Of a DNA stretch of 64,000 nt, positions 57,147-64,000 are shown piece after piece (position 1 is the stretch's first letter; each line of letters opens with the position of its first letter). The notes beneath the pieces were generated by a model, which had not been told where the DNA came from, searched no databases, and worked only from the letters and a program-made list of their open reading frames with translations. The position numbers were made by a program, and so were the translations under genes. This DNA comes from the human T2T-CHM13v2.0 reference genome, Homo sapiens: NCBI RefSeq assembly GCF_009914755.1, contig NC_060929.1; one strand, given 5' to 3'.

Positions 57147-60100
57147 GCCTGTGTCACAGTGTTGGTTACTTACAGAGTCCTGAAGAAGACTCAGGCCTCT
57201 AAACTCACAATCTGTTATTTCCCATTATTCCAACTTCCCTGTCCTTGAAATAAAGTCTGTTACCAACCCCTATAAACTAACTTCCAACCTTGGAAACTAG
57301 TCCTAGAAATAAAATTGTGTTACTCTTTTGAAATTGTGTTACTATTTACAAAATGCAAAATAAATAGTTTGGAAAATATAAACACAGTCAGTAAAATCAA
57401 GGTGAACCCCAGGGATAGAGGCTATGAACATTGTCTTCATTATAAATTCAGAAAATTTTGGAGCAGTCCTCTCCATCCTGGACAATGGAACACAATGAGT
57501 TAGTTTCTTTCGTTTGAACTAATCAGAGGCTGAGACCTATTTGGTGCAAAGTAGAAAAATTATGGTTTGCATATATTTGCATGTTTGACACATTGGCATA
57601 TTTCTTAGCATTTTAGAGCACAATGAACATAATTGAACTAAAGGGCTTGGGTTAATATTTTGTTAATAAAGCTCAATACATACAAAATTATAAATGCTCT
57701 TTATTAATTCTTAATAACTTGTCTGATCTATAGAGATCACATCATGACAACTGAAGACAAACTAAGAAAAAGTTGGATTTCATACTTGTTACATTAGGTG
57801 AAATAGGGGATCCAATTTCAAAATTGAAAATTGTAAAGATGTGTCTGAATATAGGCTTTGAAACACTATTGTGGGTCAAAAGTACAAAGCTTGATCTAGT
57901 GCTTATAGTAGGAAGGAAAGTTTATTAAATAAACTTGAAGGCTTATTTTTAATATCAAGATGGTTGATGGCATACTTGCCAAGAATTAAGGAACCCTGTT
58001 TCTTGCATAAGTACACAGTTGAGAAAATGAATTTCCATCTTTATTACCTTTGGCCAATAGTCTAATCAAAGCTACAATTAATTTAAGCTCTCTATTGGGT
58101 GTCTGCAGGTGTTGTATAGAAAATATTTAGTAATCTTAGGCTTCTGCTCTTATGGGGTTCCAAAGGTTTCCTGCTATGCCGGGTTTTAAGTCCTTGAAGT
58201 TGCTTTTGTATTCAAAAATCCAGCAGGTAATGGGAGACTATTTTAAGTATGATCTGGTGAAAATAATGCTTTAGAAATATGCTTCTGGTGGTGGCACTAT
58301 AGTTTTAAATTCTTTGGAGGGACAGAAATTAGAAGGTAAGAGAACCAAAGCTATTGAATTATTATAGGTGGAAGCTGATAAAGAGCTAAAATAGGATAAA
58401 AATTTTCAAATTATGATTTGATTATAATTCACACATGTTTTTATATAAAGAATAGAGAGGGAATAGTTGAAGGTGAATTTAAAATGTGAAGTTTGATGGC
58501 TGGTACAATAGTAGTACCCTTAATAGATGTAGGAAAATAATGAATGAAGTCAGGTTTGGGGATGAGGATGAGTTGACTTTTAAATGTGTTGACTAGACTA
58601 ATGATTTTCTAGAATGCATTTGGAGAAATGACAATGAGAATTTAAAAGAGATCAGGACTAGAGATATAGATCTGGCAAACACCTACATTTGTATGATTAT
58701 TACAACCATAAGGTATAAAATCTTTAGAGGAAAGAAGGAAGCAGCAGAAGGCCAAGAACTGCATTATGGGGAATAGCCACGGGCAGAGAATAAGAGAATA
58801 GTATATTTTTGGCAACAATGAAAAGCAATTAGTAACACAGGAGAAGATTCAGAATAATATAAAGTCAATGTTAAGGAGTTTTTAGATGAAAAATTATATA
58901 TTATAGAAATAAAAGTGATAAATATAGAAGTAAAAATCAACTATGGCAAACAAGTATTTGGAGGTTTATTTGAATAATTAGGAAAAAGAGAAGGAATTGA
59001 ATATTACAGAGAAGGAGGAACAAGTTAGTAGAGGGGGATATAGAACAACAAGCATAGACCACTAATTTGAGGTAAGAGACAAAGAGATACATTCTATCCA
59101 GTGAGAAGTCAACTGAATTAAGCCAAAAAGGAAACAGTAATAAAAGCCATAGAAAGAGAGTTCAGTAATTGGAAGTGCTAGAAGACACAAGTTTCTGAAG
59201 GGAGCGGCAAAGAAGAGACACAGAGCCCTAATGGAGGTCTTTGCTTTGGTAAGAAAGGGAGGCATATTTCCTCTAAAACTGAAAGTATAGCTGTGTAGTA
59301 GGGGACAGAAACAGAGAGGAGGATGGGTGAGATAATTTATGTTAAATGATTTTTCCCTTTCTAGTGAAAAGAAAAAAAAATTCAAAGATCATAGTTTTAT
59401 TTGACCACAGGAAATGAGAACTTGATGACCTATGGCTTAAAACACAAGTATATCTCCTATTTACTTAATACTTAATCCAGGGTTAAGGAGTTTTAAGATG
59501 GGTGTGGCAGCTTAAAAATATATTAAGGACTAGGCTCTAGCTATCATTCTGCTCTGCCATTCTTAGAGTAATTTTTTTTTGTTTTGTTTTTGGTCCCCAA
59601 GCTGTTGCCTCATGGTTGCCAGTTGACAAATTTTGTTGCAGCAGATATCACATGCACATGCTGCCTTAAGACAGAAAAGAAGGCTCAGAACAAAAAAAGG
59701 ATTTGACTTTGTGAGACTTTTTCTTTTTGTGCTATAAGAAAAATCTTTCCTAGAACCCTACGTCACCAATCTAGATGATTTTCCTTTACTTCTAACTTAA
59801 ATTTCTCATAGAACCCCCTTTAAATGCAAGTGAGGATGGAAAATGAGTATCTGGCATGGGAAAGAGGATTACTTAAATTACTCACAGAGACTGATTGTTC
59901 TTTATCCTCTGGGATTTGTGGAGAAGCCAACATCTGTGAGATCAAGCAATGTTGCATAATATCTGAGTAAATTGGGGAACTGTTATCAGGGAGATTGGGT
60001 GTATGATGACTCTGTAGTAGGCAACAAAAAGAGCAAATTCCAGACCACCATTTTGATTATCCAGTATTAATACATATCCTTTCTCCATTCATTCACATAT

Positions 60101-60260
60101 ATATCCTTATTTAATTTTCAATTATTTAGATATTTTCCAGATACTTTGCTACTAATATCAAGTTTAATTATAGATTTCAGTCCTTTTAAACATTTTCAGA
60201 CTTGTTTTATTACCCAGAATATGGTCTATATCATAAATGTTTCATGTACACTGGAAAATA

Positions 60261-60909
<649 letters not shown>

Positions 60910-61106
60910 TGATATAATTTGGATGTTTGTACCCTCAAAATTTCATCTTGAAATGGGACTCCCAATGTTGGACATGAGGCTTAATGCGAGGTATAGGGTC
61001 ATGGAGGAAGATTCCTCATGAATGGCTTAGTGTCCTCCCCCACAGCAATAAGTGAGTGCTCACTTTATTAATTTAGGTGAAAGCAGATTGTTTTAAAAAG
61101 CTTGGC
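60910..61106 (+). mobile_element. MaLR LTR 5' part (MSTB-like), interrupted by L1
   Basis: TGATATAATTTGGATGTTTGT...CCCAATGTTGGA...CTCATGAATGGCTT...AGTGAGT. Confidence 0.75.
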
Positions 61107-63003
61107 TGACGGTAGAATTTTCAGCAGAATTCCTACAAGCCAGAAAAGATTGGAAACCTATATTCTGCACTCTTAAAGAAATAATTTCCAACCAAGAATT
61201 TCATATCCAGCCAAACTAAGCTTCATAAGTGAAGGATAAATAAGATCCTTTTCAGGCAAGCAAATGCTGAGGGAATTTGTTACCAGCAGATCAGCCTTAC
61301 AAGTGATCCTGAAAGGGGTGCTAAATATGGAAAGGAAAGACTGTTATCAGCCACTACAAAAACACACTTAAGTACACAGACCAGTAACATTGTAAAGCAA
61401 CCACACAAACAAGTCTGTATAATAGCCAACTAACAACATGGTGACAGGATTAAATCTGCACATATCAATACTAATTCTAAATGTAAATGGGCTAAATGCC
61501 CCAAATGAAAGGCACAAAGTGGCAAGTTAGATAAAGAAACAAGACCCAATGGTATGCTGTCTTCAAGTGACCCATCTCACATGCAGTGACACCCATAGAC
61601 TCACAATAAAGGAATGGAGAAAAACCTACTAAATTAATGAAAAAAAAAGCATGGGTTGCAATACTAATTTCAGGCAAAAGAGACTTTAAACCAATAAGAT
61701 AAAAAAGAAAAGACAAAGGAGAGCTTTACAGAGCTTGTAAGGGTTCAATTTAATAAGAAGGGTTGTAAGGGTTGTAATAAGAAGAAGCTTGTAAGGGTTC
61801 AATTTAATAAGAAGACCTAACTATCCTAAATATATACTCACCCAACACAGAGACACCCAGATTCCTAAAGAAAGTTCTTAGAGACCTTCAAAGAGACTTA
61901 GTTTCCCACACAATAATAGTGGGATAACTTCAACACCCCACTACATGAAACAGATCATCAAGGCAGAAAATTAACAAAGATATTAAGGACTTGAAGTCAA
62001 CCCTTGATAAAATGGACCTAATAGATATGTACACAACTCACCACCTCAGAACAATGGAATATACCTTCTTCTCATAGCCACATGTCATGTACTTTAAAGT
62101 CAACCACACAATCAGATATAAAACAATCCTCAGCAAATTAAAAAAAAAACATACAAACCACATTCTTGACTACAGTGTAATAAAAACAGAAATCAGTATT
62201 AAGAAAATCATTTAAAACCATAAAATTACATTGAAATTAAACAATCTGCTCTTTATGACTTTGGGGTAAATAATGAAATTATGACAGAAATTAATAAATT
62301 CTTTTAAACTAATGAGAACAAAGATAAAACATACCTGAATCTCTGGGACACAGCTAAGGTAGTGTTAACAGGGAAATTTATAGCACTACACTTCCAAGTC
62401 AAAATGTTAGAAAGATGTCAAATTAACAACCTAACATCACAACTAGAGGAACTGAAGAAACAAGAGAAAACCAACTCCAAAGCTAGCAGAAGACAAGAGA
62501 AAACCAAAATCAGAGTTGAACTGAAGGAAATTAATATGTGAAAAACCATACAAAAGAGCAACAAATCCAGGAATTGGTTCTTTTAAAAAATTAATAAGAT
62601 AGAACACTAGCTAGACTGATAAAGAAAAAAGAGAGAAGATCTAAAAGAACACAATTAGAAATGACAAAGGAGACATTTCCACTGACCCCACAGAAATACA
62701 AAAATCCCTCAGCGACTACTATTATCACCTCTATGCACACAAACTTGAAAATCTAGAAGAAATGAATAAATTCCTGAAAACATACAACCACCCAACATTG
62801 AACCAGGAAGAAATTGAAATCCTAAACAGATTGAATCAGTAACAAAAAGCTTACCAACCAAAAAAGCCCAGGACCTGATGGATTCACAGCTGAATTCTAC
62901 CAGATGTATGAAGAAGAGCTGGTACAATTCCTATAGAAACTATTCCAAAAAATCTGAGGAGGAAGAACTCCTTAACTCATTCTATGAGGCAAGCATCATC
63001 TTA
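61107..63003 (+). mobile_element. Older primate L1 (L1P) fragment: ORF1 end, spacer and ORF2 endonuclease region, multiply disrupted
   Basis: CCAAGAATTTCATATCCAGCCAAACTAAGCTTCATAAG (ORF1); AATGTAAATGGGCTAAATGCCCCA and CTTCAACACCCCACT (endonuclease); CCAGGACCTGATGGATTCACAGC (Z domain). Confidence 0.9.
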
Positions 63004-64000
63004 ATTTTTATTTTTATTTTTTTAAATTTTATTATTATTGTACTTTAAGTTTTAGGGTACATGTGCACAATGTGTAGGTTTGTTACATATGTATACATGT
63101 GCCATGTTGGTGTGCTGCACCCATTAACTCGTCATTTAGCATTAGGTATATTTCCTAATGCTATCCCTCCCCCCTACCCCCACCCCACAACAGTACCCAG
63201 TGTGTGATGTTCCCCTTCCTGTGTCCATGTGTTCTCATTGTTCAATTCCCACCTATGAGTGAGAACATGCGGTGTTTGTTTTTTTTGTCCTTGTGGTAGT
63301 TTGCTGAGAATGAAGGTTTCCAGCTTCATCCATGTCCCTACAAAACACATGAACTCATCATTTTTTATGGCTGCATAGTATTCCATGGCGTATATGTGCC
63401 ACATTTTCTTAATCCGGTCTATCATTGTTGGACATTTGGGTTGGTTCCAAGTCTTTGCTGTTGTGAATAGTGCCGCAATAAACATACGTGTGCATGTGTC
63501 TTTATAGCAGCATGATTTGTAGTCCTTTGGGTATATACCCAGTAATGGGATGGCTGGGTCAAATGGTATTTCTAGTTCTGGATCCCTGAGGAATCGCCAC
63601 ACCGACTTCCACAATGGTTGAGCTACTTTACAGTCCCACCAATAGTGTAAAAGTGTTCCTATTTCTCCACATGCTGTCCAGCACCTGTTGTTTCTCGACT
63701 TTTTAATGATTGCCATTCTAACTGGTGTGAGATGGTATCTCATCGTGGTTTTGATTTGCATTTCTCTGATGGCCAGTGATGATGAGCATTTTTTCATGTG
63801 TTTTTTGGCTGCATAAATGTCTTCTTTTGAGAAGTGTCTGTTCATATCCTTCACCCACTTTTTGATGGGGTTGTTTGTTTTTTTCTTGTAAATTTGTTTG
63901 GGTTCATTGTAGCTTCTGGATATTAGCCCTTTGTCAGATAAGCAGGTTGCAAAAATTTTCTCCCATTCTGTAGGTTGCGTGTTCACTCTGATGGCAGTTT
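63004..64000 (-). mobile_element. L1PA4-like 3' end, continues beyond the window
   Basis: Reverse A tail, 3' UTR and ORF2 C-terminus (ORF 63174-63986). Confidence 0.96.

Noticed and set aside
57565-57582. Octamer ATTTGCAT with an adjacent near-copy
   Set aside because: An 8-bp AT-rich motif is expected by chance in 64 kb, and there is no supporting context.
63174-63986. 270-aa ORF on the - strand
   Set aside because: LINE-1 ORF2 C-terminus reading on into the 3' UTR.

Overview
AT-rich, CpG-poor primate nuclear DNA. AluY-like and L1PA3-like insertions point to a catarrhine, probably hominoid/human-like genome, and the region looks intergenic or deep-intronic. I find no credible host protein-coding gene, RNA gene or CRISPR array. 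The three longest ORFs and all ORFs with recognisable homology are broken LINE-1 ORF2 or Alu/LTR translations. Much of the window is nested transposable elements: 11 Alus, L1PA/L1M fragments, MaLR and ERVL solo LTRs, hAT and Tigger MITEs, MIR and L2. Subfamily names are from recalled consensus features, not a database search, and boundaries of old elements are approximate. The most unusual structures are: (1) a 51-bp-arm fold-back palindrome inside an MLT2A1 (HERVL) LTR covering its splice donor and poly(A) signal, with that LTR nested in an Alu inside an L1MA inside an older L1M; (2) a twin-primed L1 with a ~1.55-kb internal gap whose inverted piece is homologous to the old L1 site it landed in; (3) a tandem double DR4 nuclear-receptor element; (4) several locally templated duplications and inversions. 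I cannot support a claim of a new multi-gene biological system here.
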